A stretch of DNA of 64,000 nt from Erythrobacter sp. Its GTDB lineage: Bacteria > Pseudomonadota > Alphaproteobacteria > Sphingomonadales > Sphingomonadaceae. Positions 10,797-20,112 of this stretch are shown piece by piece. The stretch spans positions 2,894,587 to 2,958,586 of the forward strand of contig NZ_CP136573.1 of assembly GCF_035194505.1 (NCBI RefSeq), written 5' to 3'. The notes under the pieces were generated by a model that was not told the DNA's origin, ran no database searches, and saw only the letters and a program-made list of their open reading frames with translations. Made by a program: the position numbers and the translations under genes. Every line of letters starts with the position of its first letter. The first letter of the stretch is position 1.

Positions 10797-10980
10797 CTTC
10801 CACGGGTTTCTTTGCACAGGCTTTGCACAGCCTTGCGCGGTTCTCCCCAACTCGCCCGCGCCGCCGCATTGCCAAGCGCCCCCTTGCCCGTCCATTCGTG
10901 CCGCCGATGACAGCACGACGCGCCTTCCGCCTCACTTGCAAGCTTGCCCTTCGGACCAACGCCCGATGAGGCCGCGTACC

Positions 10981-11472
10981 ATGGACTATTCCGCCGAGGA
11001 TGATGCCGCGCCGGTCGAAATGCTCGCTGCGCTGTTCGAGGCGCGCGGGTGGCCGTGCGAGATGGTCTCCGACGAGGAGATGAGCGGCGAGGTGCAGGGC
11101 AGCTGGGCCAATTACCAGCTGCGCGCGATCTGGCGGCCGGAAGACCGGGTGCTGCAATTCCTCTGCCTGCCCGATATCCGCGTCACCGATGACAAGCGCG
11201 GTTCGGCCTATGAACTGCTCTGCCTCGTCAACGAACAGATGTGGCTGGGGCATTTCGACATCTGGTCGAACGGCGATGTCCTGCTCTATCGCCACGGCGC
11301 GTTGCTGGGCGAGGAAGGGCGCTTGACGATCGACATGGCGCAATCGCTGGTCGAGATCGCGATCGACGAGTGCGACCGCTTCTACCCCGCCTTCCAGTTC
11401 GTGCTGTGGGGCGACAAGAGCCCGCGCGCGGCGCTCGAAGCGGCGATGGTTGACGCGGCGGGCGAGGCCTGA
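10981..11472 (+). CDS. YbjN-domain protein (alternative start 10966)
   Basis: The acidic ~160-aa C-terminal part of track ORF 10771-11472 is the type of protein commonly found just upstream of proC in alphaproteobacteria. The upstream part of the ORF has poor coding character. Confidence 0.6.
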   Translation: MDYSAEDDAAPVEMLAALFEARGWPCEMVSDEEMSGEVQGSWANYQLRAIWRPEDRVLQFLCLPDIRVTDDKRGSAYELLCLVNEQMWLGHFDIWSNGDVLLYRHGALLGEEGRLTIDMAQSLVEIAIDECDRFYPAFQFVLWGDKSPRAALEAAMVDAAGEA

Positions 11473-11488
11473 GAGCCTCCCGCACAGG

Positions 11489-12283
11489 ATGACGAACCAG
11501 CTTCTTATCATCGGTTGCGGCAATATGGGCGGGGCGATGCTGGCCGGCTGGCTGGCAGCGGGCGTCGATCCGGCACGGCTTTCTGTGCTCGATCCGGCCC
11601 TCTCCGAAGCGCCCGCAGGCGTTGCGCTCTACCGCGATGCTGCCGCGGTGCCGAGCACGCATGATGCGGTGCTGCTCGGGTTCAAGCCGCAGCAACTGGG
11701 CCAATTGGGGCCGGGCCTGCAAGGGCTGACAACGGGCCGGACGGTCTATTCGCTGCTTGCCGGAATAAGGCTGGATCAGCTCCAGGCCGCCTTTCCCGGG
11801 GCCGCCGCCCATGTGCGGGTGATGCCCAATCTGGCTGCGCGTATCAACAAATCGCCCGTGATCCTCGCCGAGGCAGGACTGGACGCAGCGCGGCGCGACG
11901 CTGCCTTTGCTCTGTTCGGGCAGCTGGGGACGGCGCTGTGGCTCGATGGCGAGGCGCAGTTCGATCTCGTCACCGCGCTGGCCGGATCGGGGCCGGGCTT
12001 TGTCTACCGCTTCATCGATGCGCTGGCGGGGGCGGCTGCCGATCTCGGGCTGGATCAGGCGAGCGCCGATGCGCTGGCGCTGGCCACGGTCGAGGGCGCA
12101 GCGGCGCTGGCGGCGACGTCCGATGTCGGCCCGGCCACCCTCGCAGACCGCGTGGCGAGCCCGGGCGGGATGACGCGCGAGGGACTGAACGTGCTCGACG
12201 AAGAGGCAGCGCTGCGGCGGCTGCTGACCGAGACTTTGCGCGCCACCGCTGCCAAGGGCGCGGCGCTCTCCAAGGGTAGTTAA
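11489..12283 (+). CDS. proC: Pyrroline-5-carboxylate reductase
   Basis: Rossmann motif LLIIGCGNMGGAML at the N-terminus when started from ATG 11489, plus the conserved C-terminal SPGGMTREGL. Confidence 0.85.
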   Translation: MTNQLLIIGCGNMGGAMLAGWLAAGVDPARLSVLDPALSEAPAGVALYRDAAAVPSTHDAVLLGFKPQQLGQLGPGLQGLTTGRTVYSLLAGIRLDQLQAAFPGAAAHVRVMPNLAARINKSPVILAEAGLDAARRDAAFALFGQLGTALWLDGEAQFDLVTALAGSGPGFVYRFIDALAGAAADLGLDQASADALALATVEGAAALAATSDVGPATLADRVASPGGMTREGLNVLDEEAALRRLLTETLRATAAKGAALSKGS

Positions 12284-12338
12284 GATTAACCGGTGTTAAT
12301 CTGAACGGATTGCGCGCTTTGCAATCCGGTTTCGCTTG
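12283..12338 (+). terminator. Two tandem hairpins after proC
   Basis: AGATTAAC-cggt-GTTAATCT (12283-12302) and CGGATTGC-gcgcttt-GCAATCCG (12306-12328), followed by GTTTCGCTT. The U-tract is weak. Confidence 0.4.
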
Positions 12339-12339
12339 A

Positions 12340-12422
12340 AATGCCGCTACGAAACCCCGATATTCGCAGCACTGGAGAGCGCGGCGTTTCGCGCTCCGAT
12401 GGAAGGATCAAAGGGTTTCACA
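12340..12422 (+). promoter_or_regulatory. Candidate structured 5' leader of the BI-1/ybhL-family gene
   Basis: A hairpin lies at 12375-12397 (GAGAGCGCG-loop-CGCGCTC) just upstream of the RBS. Alphaproteobacterial ybhL-type genes are known to carry a conserved leader RNA motif. This was not verified by a covariance model. Confidence 0.25.
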
Positions 12423-13163
12423 ATGGCTGACTGGAATGACACTTCGCGCAATGCGCAGCGCCTCGGCTCGGTGCCGCGCGCCGGTGGCGATGTCGCTGGC
12501 CGTTTTGACGAGGGCCTGCGCAAGCACATGCTCTCGATCTACAACTACATGACCTCGGGCATTCTGCTGACGGGGATCGTGGCTCTGATGGCGTTCACCA
12601 GCGGCGTCGCCGAAACGATCTTCACCGGCGGCATCCTGCGCTGGATCGTCGCGCTCTCGCCGATGATCGTGGTCTTCGCGATGAGCTTTGGCGCCAACCG
12701 CTTCAGCACCGCCACCTTGCAGGCGATGTTCTGGGGCTTTGCGGTGCTGATGGGCCTGTCGCTGTCCTCGGTGTTCCTCGTTTACACCGGCGGCTCGATC
12801 GCCACGACGTTCTTCGCCACCGCGGCGGCCTTTGCCGGCCTGTCGCTGTGGGGCTACTCCACCAAGAAGGACCTGTCCGGCATGGGCAGCTTCCTGATCA
12901 TGGGCGTGATTGGCCTGCTGGTGGCGATGATCATCAACATGTTCCTCAAGTCGCCCGCGTTCCACTACGCGATCAGCTTCATCGGCGTGCTGATCTTCGC
13001 AGGTCTCACCGCCTATGACACGCAGCGCCTGAAGACCGAGTATCAGTATCTGCGCGGTACCGAGTTCGCGGGCAAGGCCGTGATCCTGGGCGCGCTGAAC
13101 CTCTATCTCGACTTCATCAACATGTTCACCTTCCTGCTGCAGTTCCTCGGCAATCGTGAGTAA
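12423..13163 (+). CDS. Bax-inhibitor-1/YccA family inner-membrane protein (alternative start 12399)
   Basis: About 7 predicted TM helices after a short N-terminal tail (MADWNDTSRN...). The family-typical C-terminus is LNLYLDFINMFTFLLQFLG. Confidence 0.85.
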   Translation: MADWNDTSRNAQRLGSVPRAGGDVAGRFDEGLRKHMLSIYNYMTSGILLTGIVALMAFTSGVAETIFTGGILRWIVALSPMIVVFAMSFGANRFSTATLQAMFWGFAVLMGLSLSSVFLVYTGGSIATTFFATAAAFAGLSLWGYSTKKDLSGMGSFLIMGVIGLLVAMIINMFLKSPAFHYAISFIGVLIFAGLTAYDTQRLKTEYQYLRGTEFAGKAVILGALNLYLDFINMFTFLLQFLGNRE

Positions 13164-13222
13164 CTGGCGCGCGTAATTGCAGACTGCCGGACCGCCGGCC
13201 TGACGCAGGTGTTGAAATGTCG

Positions 13223-13266
13223 AATGCCCGGGGCCTTTCCATAGGCTCCGGGCATTTGCTTTGTTA
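13223..13266 (+). terminator. Rho-independent terminator after the BI-1 gene
   Basis: 13-bp stem AATGCCCGGGGCC / GGCTCCGGGCATT with an 8-nt loop, followed by TTGCTTTGTT. Confidence 0.6.
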
Positions 13267-13360
13267 TCTTACGCAGCTATCGCCGGACGGCTTAAGGCTG
13301 GAGCAAGGCGCGCTTCATCAATATCTTCGTGCGCGCCGGCAGCAAAAGAGGGTGAGAGAC

Positions 13361-14290
13361 ATGTCCGTGGTTCCGCAGCAATTGTCCCCGAACGTGCGGC
13401 GCACGCCCTTCGGCCTGACGATCACGGCCGTGGCGGTCGGTTCGGCGCTGCTGGCAGCTTGCGCCACGCCTGCACCCCCGCCGCCGCCTCCGCCCCCTCC
13501 GCCGCCGCCTGTGCGCGTGGTCGAGGCTGTGCCCTATCGTCCGCTCCCGCCGGGCGGGGCGCACTACGTGATGGACATTCCGGCGCGCGGGCCGGACGGG
13601 CGGCGCATCACCGTCAATTCCGGGCTCGGCGATGATCAGCTGGTGTGGCACCTTCGTTCGGCGTGGAACGTGGCCGCACTGAATTGCCTTGCGCCCGAAT
13701 ACGAGCCGATCCTGGCTGGCTACCGCACCTTCCTGACGAAGAACGCCCGCCCGCTGAAGGCGGTGAACGACCGGCTGGAGAAGGACTTTGCCCGCCGCCA
13801 CAAGACCAGGCGCGATGCGATCGTCGCGCGCGACGGTTCGGTGACGCAGGTCTACAACTTCTTCGCCCTGCCGGCCGCGCGCTCGGGCTTCTGCCGCGCC
13901 GCGCTCGACATGGCGAACCGCGCAGTGGCGCTCCCGCCCGCTGATCCGCTGGCCTTTGCCAAGGCCAATTTCGACGGGCTGCTGGCGCCGTTCGAGACCT
14001 TCTTCGACGAATACGAGACCTACCAGCGCGCCTCGGCCGAATGGGACGCCAAGTGGGGCGTGCAATATGGCGCATCGCAGCCCGGCTGGGTGGCGGTGCA
14101 GGAAGCCCGCGCAAGCGGGGCACGGGTGCCGGGCGTGGCTGATCTGACCGCGCAAGGGCTGCCGGTGACCACGGTGACCGACCCGGAGACCGGGGTTGCA
14201 GTGCCGGTGGTTCCGGTCAACGAGAACGTCACCTCGCAGCCGGTGGTGCAGCCGATCCAGAGCGGCACGCCGCGTCCCCCGCAGAAGTAG
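13361..14290 (+). CDS. Hypothetical lipoprotein with a 12-residue polyproline tract
   Basis: GAGGGTGAGAG lies upstream of ATG 13361. Lipobox ALLAAC, then [16 protein letters not shown]. No family was recognised for the ~250-aa C-terminal domain. Confidence 0.6.
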   Translation: MSVVPQQLSPNVRRTPFGLTITAVAVGSALLAACATPAPPPPPPPPPPPPVRVVEAVPYRPLPPGGAHYVMDIPARGPDGRRITVNSGLGDDQLVWHLRSAWNVAALNCLAPEYEPILAGYRTFLTKNARPLKAVNDRLEKDFARRHKTRRDAIVARDGSVTQVYNFFALPAARSGFCRAALDMANRAVALPPADPLAFAKANFDGLLAPFETFFDEYETYQRASAEWDAKWGVQYGASQPGWVAVQEARASGARVPGVADLTAQGLPVTTVTDPETGVAVPVVPVNENVTSQPVVQPIQSGTPRPPQK

Positions 14291-14384
14291 CCAAAATCGG
14301 GCGTTGCGCGGGGGAAATCTTCTCGCTAATGCCCGCCCTCGCCTGCAGGCCAGCCTCGGCTGGCGCGGGCTGAAAACCTGGAAC

Positions 14385-14460
<76 letters not shown>

Positions 14461-14604
14461 GTTTTTCGTGACGCGAGCCTGTCCGGGGGACAGGCTCGGC
14501 CGAAAAGCGCCCAAGCGCAAGCGCCGGAGGAGGTTGAGCACGACGGGCTCCCTCTGAAACTTTCTCATCGCTTTACATCTCTTGCCGTCAGTTTCGCCTG
14601 ACGC

Positions 14605-14800
14605 TATCCCCAGCGCGCGTTTCGGTAACGGGAATGCGGTGCAAATCCGCAGCTGTCCCTGCAACTGTAAGCGGTGAGTATGGAGTGCGCCCCCTCTTCC
14701 AAGAGGGCAGCCACTGGAGCTTTCGGGCATCCGGGAAGGCGAGCACCCCATGCGCTGATCCGTGAGCCAGGAGACCGACCGGGGCGTGTCGCTCTTTGCT
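14605..14800 (+). promoter_or_regulatory. Cobalamin (B12) riboswitch
   Basis: Conserved core GGTAACGGGAATGCGGTGCAAATCCGCAGCTGTCCCTGCAACTGTAA, plus GCCACTGG...GGGAAGGC and the B12 box AGCCAGGAGACCGACC (about 14764-14780). It lies directly upstream of a TonB-dependent receptor. The boundaries are approximate. Confidence 0.8.
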
Positions 14801-14914
14801 TGGTTCAGGGGTTGGCCAGGCGCGGAAACTGACTTTCGTTGTGAGCGACATCACCGGGCTGTGAGGGATGGGATCCCCTCGCGGCCCCCATGTTGCTGAT
14901 GACGGGAGGAATCC

Positions 14915-16858
14915 GTGAGAAATTTTGCATTTTTGTGCAGCGTCGCTGGGGCGGCGCTGGTGTGGGGCGTGCCTGCAAGCGCGCAGGATACGAACGCGCA
15001 GGACGATGGCGAAAAGATTGTCATCGCCGATTTTCGCCTGCCACCGGAAATCCTCGTTTCCGCCAGCCGTGACGGATCGCTCGAACGCGATAGCTTTACC
15101 GGTTCGGTAACGGTCATCACGACCAGCCAGCTCGAAGCGCGCCAGACCCGCGACATTGCCGATGTGCTGCGCGATGTGCCGGGCGTGGCTGTGGCGGGCG
15201 TTGCGGGCCAGACCCAGATCCGCCTGCGCGGTTCGGAGGCAAACCACGTCCTCGTGCTGGTTGACGGGATCGAGGTGTCCGATCCCTTCGCCGGCGAATT
15301 CGATATCGGCACGCTGGCCGCCGATATCGGCGCGCGGGTGGAGGTGCTGCGCGGGCCACAGTCGGCGCTCTACGGCCCCGATGCGATCGGCGGCGTCATC
15401 GCTTATGAAACCGCCAGTGGCAGCTCCCTCTCCGGCCTTGCCGCCCGGCTCGAAGGCGGCACGCAAGGCACGGTTAACGGCGCGGCGCGCTATGGCGCTT
15501 ACGGCAATGGCTGGGACGCAAGCTTGTCTGCGGTCGTTGTCAGCACCGATGGCCAGCCCAACGCCCGCAATGGCGTTCGCGATATCGGGCGCGACAGCTA
15601 TACGCTGGCGGGCAAGGCCAGCTTGGATGTGGCCGAAGGCTTCGCCCTGCGCGCCGCGGCCCGTTTCATCCGTACCGAGGGGCTGTTCAACGACAGCGAC
15701 TTCAACGCGGCCAACCCGACCTTCGGCTTCGTCATCGACAGCCCCGGCACCCGCTTCACCAACGAGGCGATCTATGCCCTCGTCGGCGCACGGGCGGAGG
15801 CGCTGGAGGGGCGCTGGACCCATGATCTCTCGGTGCAGTTGGCCGATATCACCCGCGACACCTTCGGCCCCTTCGGGCGCTCCAATTCGAGCAAGGGCGA
15901 TCGCTTCAAGGCCTCCTATGTCAGCGCCTTCAAGATCGCGGAGGCGCATAAAGTCACCTTCGCCGCCGATTACGAGGTCGAAGGCTTCCGCAACACCACG
16001 CCGGGCGGCTTTGCCTTCAATGGTCGCCGCGAAATCGAGACGGTCGGCTTCGTTGGCGAATATCGCTATACGGGGGAGGCGTTCGATTTCAGCGCGGCGC
16101 TGCGCCATGACATCAACGATCTGTTCCGCGATGCCACGACCTTCCGCGTCGGCGCGGGCTATCGTCTGACCGACACCACCCGCATCCGCGCCGCTGCGGG
16201 TAGCGGGGTCAAGAACCCCGGCTTCTTCGAGCTCTACGGCTTCGTCGACGGGCGCTTCATCGGCAATGCCGCGCTGCGCCCCGAAAAGTCCACGGGCTGG
16301 GAAGCGGGCCTTGACCAGCAGCTTGGCGACAACGCCAGCGTAGCGGTCACTTACTTCGACAGCGAGCTCGACGGCGAGATCTTCACCACCTTCCCGCCGC
16401 CGACCTTCATCGCCACCCCCGCCAACCGCACCACCACCAGCCAGCAGCGCGGGGTGGAGGTGTCGCTCAATGCCCGGATTGCCGATCAGTGGAGCCTCGA
16501 TGCGGCTTACAGCTATCTCGATGCCGAGGAGAACGGCGTGCGCGAGGTGCGCCGCCCGCGCCATATCGCCAGCGCGGCGCTGACATGGACCGCGCCGGAT
16601 GATGCCGCCTCGGCCACGCTGGTGGTGCGGCACAACGGGCAGGCACGCGACGTCGCCTTCACCGATCCGAGCTTCGTGCCGGTGCGGGTGAGCCTCGATG
16701 ACTACACGCTGGTGAACCTCAATGCGCGGGCGAAGCTCACTGACAGCCTCGATGTCTTTGCCCGCGTCGATAACCTGCTGGGCGAGAACTACGAGCAGGT
16801 GTTCAGCTTCGTCTCGCCGGGGCGCAGCGCCATGGTGGGGATCGAAGCGAGGTTCTAG
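14915..16858 (+). CDS. btuB: TonB-dependent outer-membrane receptor, BtuB-like (B12 riboswitch controlled)
   Basis: GTG start. Signal peptide ending ASAQ, plug-domain motif TSQLEARQTRDIADVLRDVPGV, a beta-barrel, and a terminal aromatic residue (...GIEARF). Confidence 0.85.
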   Translation: MRNFAFLCSVAGAALVWGVPASAQDTNAQDDGEKIVIADFRLPPEILVSASRDGSLERDSFTGSVTVITTSQLEARQTRDIADVLRDVPGVAVAGVAGQTQIRLRGSEANHVLVLVDGIEVSDPFAGEFDIGTLAADIGARVEVLRGPQSALYGPDAIGGVIAYETASGSSLSGLAARLEGGTQGTVNGAARYGAYGNGWDASLSAVVVSTDGQPNARNGVRDIGRDSYTLAGKASLDVAEGFALRAAARFIRTEGLFNDSDFNAANPTFGFVIDSPGTRFTNEAIYALVGARAEALEGRWTHDLSVQLADITRDTFGPFGRSNSSKGDRFKASYVSAFKIAEAHKVTFAADYEVEGFRNTTPGGFAFNGRREIETVGFVGEYRYTGEAFDFSAALRHDINDLFRDATTFRVGAGYRLTDTTRIRAAAGSGVKNPGFFELYGFVDGRFIGNAALRPEKSTGWEAGLDQQLGDNASVAVTYFDSELDGEIFTTFPPPTFIATPANRTTTSQQRGVEVSLNARIADQWSLDAAYSYLDAEENGVREVRRPRHIASAALTWTAPDDAASATLVVRHNGQARDVAFTDPSFVPVRVSLDDYTLVNLNARAKLTDSLDVFARVDNLLGENYEQVFSFVSPGRSAMVGIEARF

Positions 16859-16865
16859 GAAAAAT

Positions 16866-16949
16866 CCGTTCTCCTCGAGCGGTTGCGAAGCACTGCCGAA
16901 GGTAGAACTCGAGAGGCCATGGTGTCTCGACTTCGCTCGACACGAACGG
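16866..16949. repeat. REP/MITE-like element, same superfamily as 3945-4034
   Basis: Termini are CCGTTC...CGAACGG. It contains the 29-mer GGTGTCTCGACTTCGCTCGACACGAACGG (16921-16949), which is identical to 22081-22109. It lies in the btuB-obg gap. Confidence 0.7.
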
Positions 16950-17001
16950 CTGGCTCGCCATTATCCTCGCATTTGCGGTAGGAATTGCATAAGGGGCGCC
17001 C

Positions 17002-18066
17002 ATGCATTTCCTCGATCAAGCCAAGATTTATGTGAAGTCCGGCGGCGGCGGCCCCGGGGCCGTCTCGTTCCGGCGCGAGATGTACGTCGAATATGGCGGC
17101 CCTGACGGCGGCAACGGCGGCAATGGCGGCGACATCGTGTTCGAAGCCGTCGCCGGCCTCAACACGCTGATCGACTTCCGCTATTCGCAGCACTTCAAGG
17201 CCGCGCGCGGCGGCCACGGGATGGGCAAGGACCGCACTGGCGCCAGCGCCAAGCCGCTCGTCATCAAGGTGCCGGTCGGCACGCAGATCCTCTCGGAGGA
17301 CAAGGAAGAGGTACTCGCCGACTTCACGCAGGTCGGCCAGCGCATCACCTTCCTCGAAGGCGGGATGGGCGGACGCGGCAACGCGTCGTATAAAACCTCC
17401 ACCAACCGCGCCCCGCGCCAGCACCAGCCGGGCATCCCCGGGCAGGAGGCGTGGGTGTGGCTGCGGCTGAAGCTGCTCGCCGATGTCGGTTTGGTGGGGC
17501 TCCCGAACGCCGGCAAATCGACCTTCATCAACGCGGTCTCCAACGCGCAGGCCAAGGTCGGCGACTACGCCTTCACCACGCTGGTGCCCAAGCTCGGCGT
17601 GGTGCGCCACAAGGGCCGCGAATTCGTGCTGGCCGACATTCCCGGCCTCATCGAAGGGGCGGCGGAGGGTGTCGGCATCGGTGACCGGTTCCTCGGCCAT
17701 ATCGAGCGCTGCCGCGTGCTGATCCACCTGATCGACATCACCGGCACCGACGATGCCGACCCTGCCGAAGCCATGCGCATCGTCGAGGACGAGCTGGCGG
17801 CCTACGGTGCGGGCCTTGATGACAAGGCGCGGCTGGTGGTGCTCAACAAGCTCGATCTGGCCGACGCCGAACTGGTCGAGGCCTATCGCGAAGAGCTGCT
17901 GGAAGCGGGCGCGGACAAGGTCTTTGCCGTCTCCGGCGCGACCGGCGCGGGCATCCCCGAATTGCTGGACGCCGTGCTCAGCTTCCTGCCGGATCGCACC
18001 GCGACCGAGACCAAGGCCGTCGAGATCGAAGACGATGACGACGCGCCCGAGTGGTCGCCGCTCTGA
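17002..18066 (+). CDS. obgE: GTPase Obg/CgtA
   Basis: Obg fold start MHFLDQAKIYVKSGGGGPGAVSFRRE, G1 motif GLPNAGKST, and the DIPGLIEGA switch. Confidence 0.95.
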   Translation: MHFLDQAKIYVKSGGGGPGAVSFRREMYVEYGGPDGGNGGNGGDIVFEAVAGLNTLIDFRYSQHFKAARGGHGMGKDRTGASAKPLVIKVPVGTQILSEDKEEVLADFTQVGQRITFLEGGMGGRGNASYKTSTNRAPRQHQPGIPGQEAWVWLRLKLLADVGLVGLPNAGKSTFINAVSNAQAKVGDYAFTTLVPKLGVVRHKGREFVLADIPGLIEGAAEGVGIGDRFLGHIERCRVLIHLIDITGTDDADPAEAMRIVEDELAAYGAGLDDKARLVVLNKLDLADAELVEAYREELLEAGADKVFAVSGATGAGIPELLDAVLSFLPDRTATETKAVEIEDDDDAPEWSPL

Positions 18067-18075
18067 CCTGACGCA

Positions 18076-19194
18076 ATGCTGAGCCAGTTGTCCGATATCA
18101 CCACCGCACGGCGGATCGTGGTCAAGATCGGCTCGGCCCTGCTGGTCGGCGGCGGACGCCCGCGCACTGAGTGGCTGGCGCGCATGGCGGGAGATCTCGC
18201 CGCTCTTCGCAAGGCGGGCGCGCAGGTGATCGTGGTGAGCTCGGGCGCGATTGCGCTGGGTGCGGCGCGCCTCAGCCTGCCCAAGGGCGGGCGCGGGAGC
18301 CTCGCCGATGCGCAGGCGGCCGCTGCCGTGGGCCAGATTGCGCTGGCCGATCTGTGGAGCCGCGCGCTTGGCGGGGAGGGCATTGCCGCCGCGCAGATGC
18401 TGCTGACGCTGGGCGATCTTGAAGACCGCCGCCGCTACCTCAACGCCGCCGCGACGCTTGACCGGCTGCTGGAAGCGGGCGTGATCCCGGTGATCAACGA
18501 GAACGATTCGGTTGCCACCGAGGAAATCCGCTTCGGTGACAATGATCGCCTCGCCGCGCGGGTGGCGCAGGCGGCGAATGCCGATCTGGTGCTGCTGCTC
18601 TCGGATATCGACGGGCTCTACACCTGCGATCCGCGCGAAGACGGTGCGGCGCTGGTGCCGGTGGTCGATACGGTGACGCCGGAAGTGATGGCCATGGCGA
18701 GCGGGGCCTCGTCCTCGGGCCTCGGCTCGGGCGGGATGGTGTCCAAGCTTCAGGCCGCGCAGATCGCGACGCGCGCCGGGATTGCGCTCGCGATCCTCAA
18801 CGGCACCCACGAAGCCCCGATTGCGCGCGCGCTGGCGAGCGATACGGGCACGCTGTTCCTGCCGGTCAGCGCGGCATCGGCGCGCAAGGCATGGCTCGGC
18901 GGGCGGCTGGCGCCTTCGGGCGAATTGCGCGTCGACAAGGGCTGCGCCGAGGCACTGAAGGGCGGTGCGAGCTTGCTGGCGGCGGGCGTGGTCGGCGTGT
19001 CGGGCACCTTCCGGCGCGGCGATCTGGTCAGCGTGCTGAGCTTGCGCGGCGAGCGGCTGGCGCAGGGCCTCGCCGAATATGACGCCGCCGAAGTGCAGAC
19101 GATCGCCGGCCGGCGGGCCGAGGATCAGGAGGCGCGATTGGGCTATGCCCCGCGCTCCTGCGTGATCCACCGCGATCACTTGGTGCTGCTATGA
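18076..19194 (+). CDS. proB: Glutamate 5-kinase
   Basis: Amino-acid kinase N-terminus RIVVKIGSALL and a C-terminal PUA domain. It follows obg, as in many bacteria. Confidence 0.93.
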   Translation: MLSQLSDITTARRIVVKIGSALLVGGGRPRTEWLARMAGDLAALRKAGAQVIVVSSGAIALGAARLSLPKGGRGSLADAQAAAAVGQIALADLWSRALGGEGIAAAQMLLTLGDLEDRRRYLNAAATLDRLLEAGVIPVINENDSVATEEIRFGDNDRLAARVAQAANADLVLLLSDIDGLYTCDPREDGAALVPVVDTVTPEVMAMASGASSSGLGSGGMVSKLQAAQIATRAGIALAILNGTHEAPIARALASDTGTLFLPVSAASARKAWLGGRLAPSGELRVDKGCAEALKGGASLLAAGVVGVSGTFRRGDLVSVLSLRGERLAQGLAEYDAAEVQTIAGRRAEDQEARLGYAPRSCVIHRDHLVLL

Positions 19195-20108
19195 GCACAC
19201 TCGCCATCACCGGCGCGACTGGATTCGTCGGCTCTGCGGTGCTGGCTGCCGCCTTGGCCGAGGGCCACGAGGTGCGCGCGCTCACCCGCAAGCCGCAAGC
19301 TGCGCAGGACGGCGTGAACTGGATCGCGGGCGACCTTGCAAAGCCCGAAGCGCTCGCAGACCTGTGCGAGGGTGCCGACGCGATGATCCATGTCGCAGGC
19401 CTCACCAACACGCCCGATATTGCCGAATTCGAGACCGCCAATGTCACCGGCACCATCGCGGTGATCGCGGCGATGCGCGCGCGGGGCGTGAAGCGGCTGG
19501 TGTTCGTCTCCTCGCTCTCGGCGCGCGAGCCGCAGCTTTCGGCTTATGGTGCGTCCAAGGCGCGGGCCGAGCAGGTGGTGGAGGCGAGCGGGCTCGACTG
19601 GACCACGGTGCGCCCGCCCGGTGTCTATGGGCCGCGCGATATCGACTATCTCGACATGTTCCGCACCGCGAAGTGGGGCTTTGTCCCCCTGCCGCCGGGC
19701 GGGGCGAGTTCGATCATCCACGCCGATGATCTGGCGCGGTTGCTGGTGACGCTGGCGGCCAGCAACGCCGCGCCGACGCGCAAGAAGACTTACGAGCCTG
19801 ACGATGGCCGCGAGGGCGGGTGGAGCCACAAGGAACTCGCCCAGGCCATCGGCCGCGCGGTCGGCAAGGCCAGCGTCTTTGCGCCGCATCTCCCCGCCGG
19901 GTTGCTGATCGCGGCGGCCGCAGGAGACCGCTTTGTGCGCGGCGACCGGGCCAAGCTTACCGCCGACCGCGTGGGCTACATGTGCCACCCCAACTGGGTG
20001 TCCCGCTCGCACCACCGCCCGCCGCCGGGCATCTGGTGCCCACGCATTGCGGGCGACGAAGGCCTCAAAGCGACCGCCGAATGGTACCGCCGCGAGGGGT
20101 GGCTTTGA
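19191..20108 (+). CDS. NAD(P)-binding extended-SDR (epimerase/dehydratase, NDUFA9-like) protein
   Basis: Rossmann motif ITGATGFVGS at the N-terminus and YGASK (YxxxK). Its ATG overlaps the proB TGA (ATGA). Confidence 0.7.
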   Translation: MSTLAITGATGFVGSAVLAAALAEGHEVRALTRKPQAAQDGVNWIAGDLAKPEALADLCEGADAMIHVAGLTNTPDIAEFETANVTGTIAVIAAMRARGVKRLVFVSSLSAREPQLSAYGASKARAEQVVEASGLDWTTVRPPGVYGPRDIDYLDMFRTAKWGFVPLPPGGASSIIHADDLARLLVTLAASNAAPTRKKTYEPDDGREGGWSHKELAQAIGRAVGKASVFAPHLPAGLLIAAAAGDRFVRGDRAKLTADRVGYMCHPNWVSRSHHRPPPGIWCPRIAGDEGLKATAEWYRREGWL

Positions 20109-20112
20109 CGGG

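Noticed and set aside
12280-12302. Cluster of TTAA motifs (TTAAGATTAACCGGTGTTAA) resembling a CtrA box.
   Set aside because: The CtrA consensus needs TTAA-N7-TTAA, and the spacings here are N2, N6 and N12. The sequence is better explained as an 8-bp terminator-like hairpin right after the proC stop.
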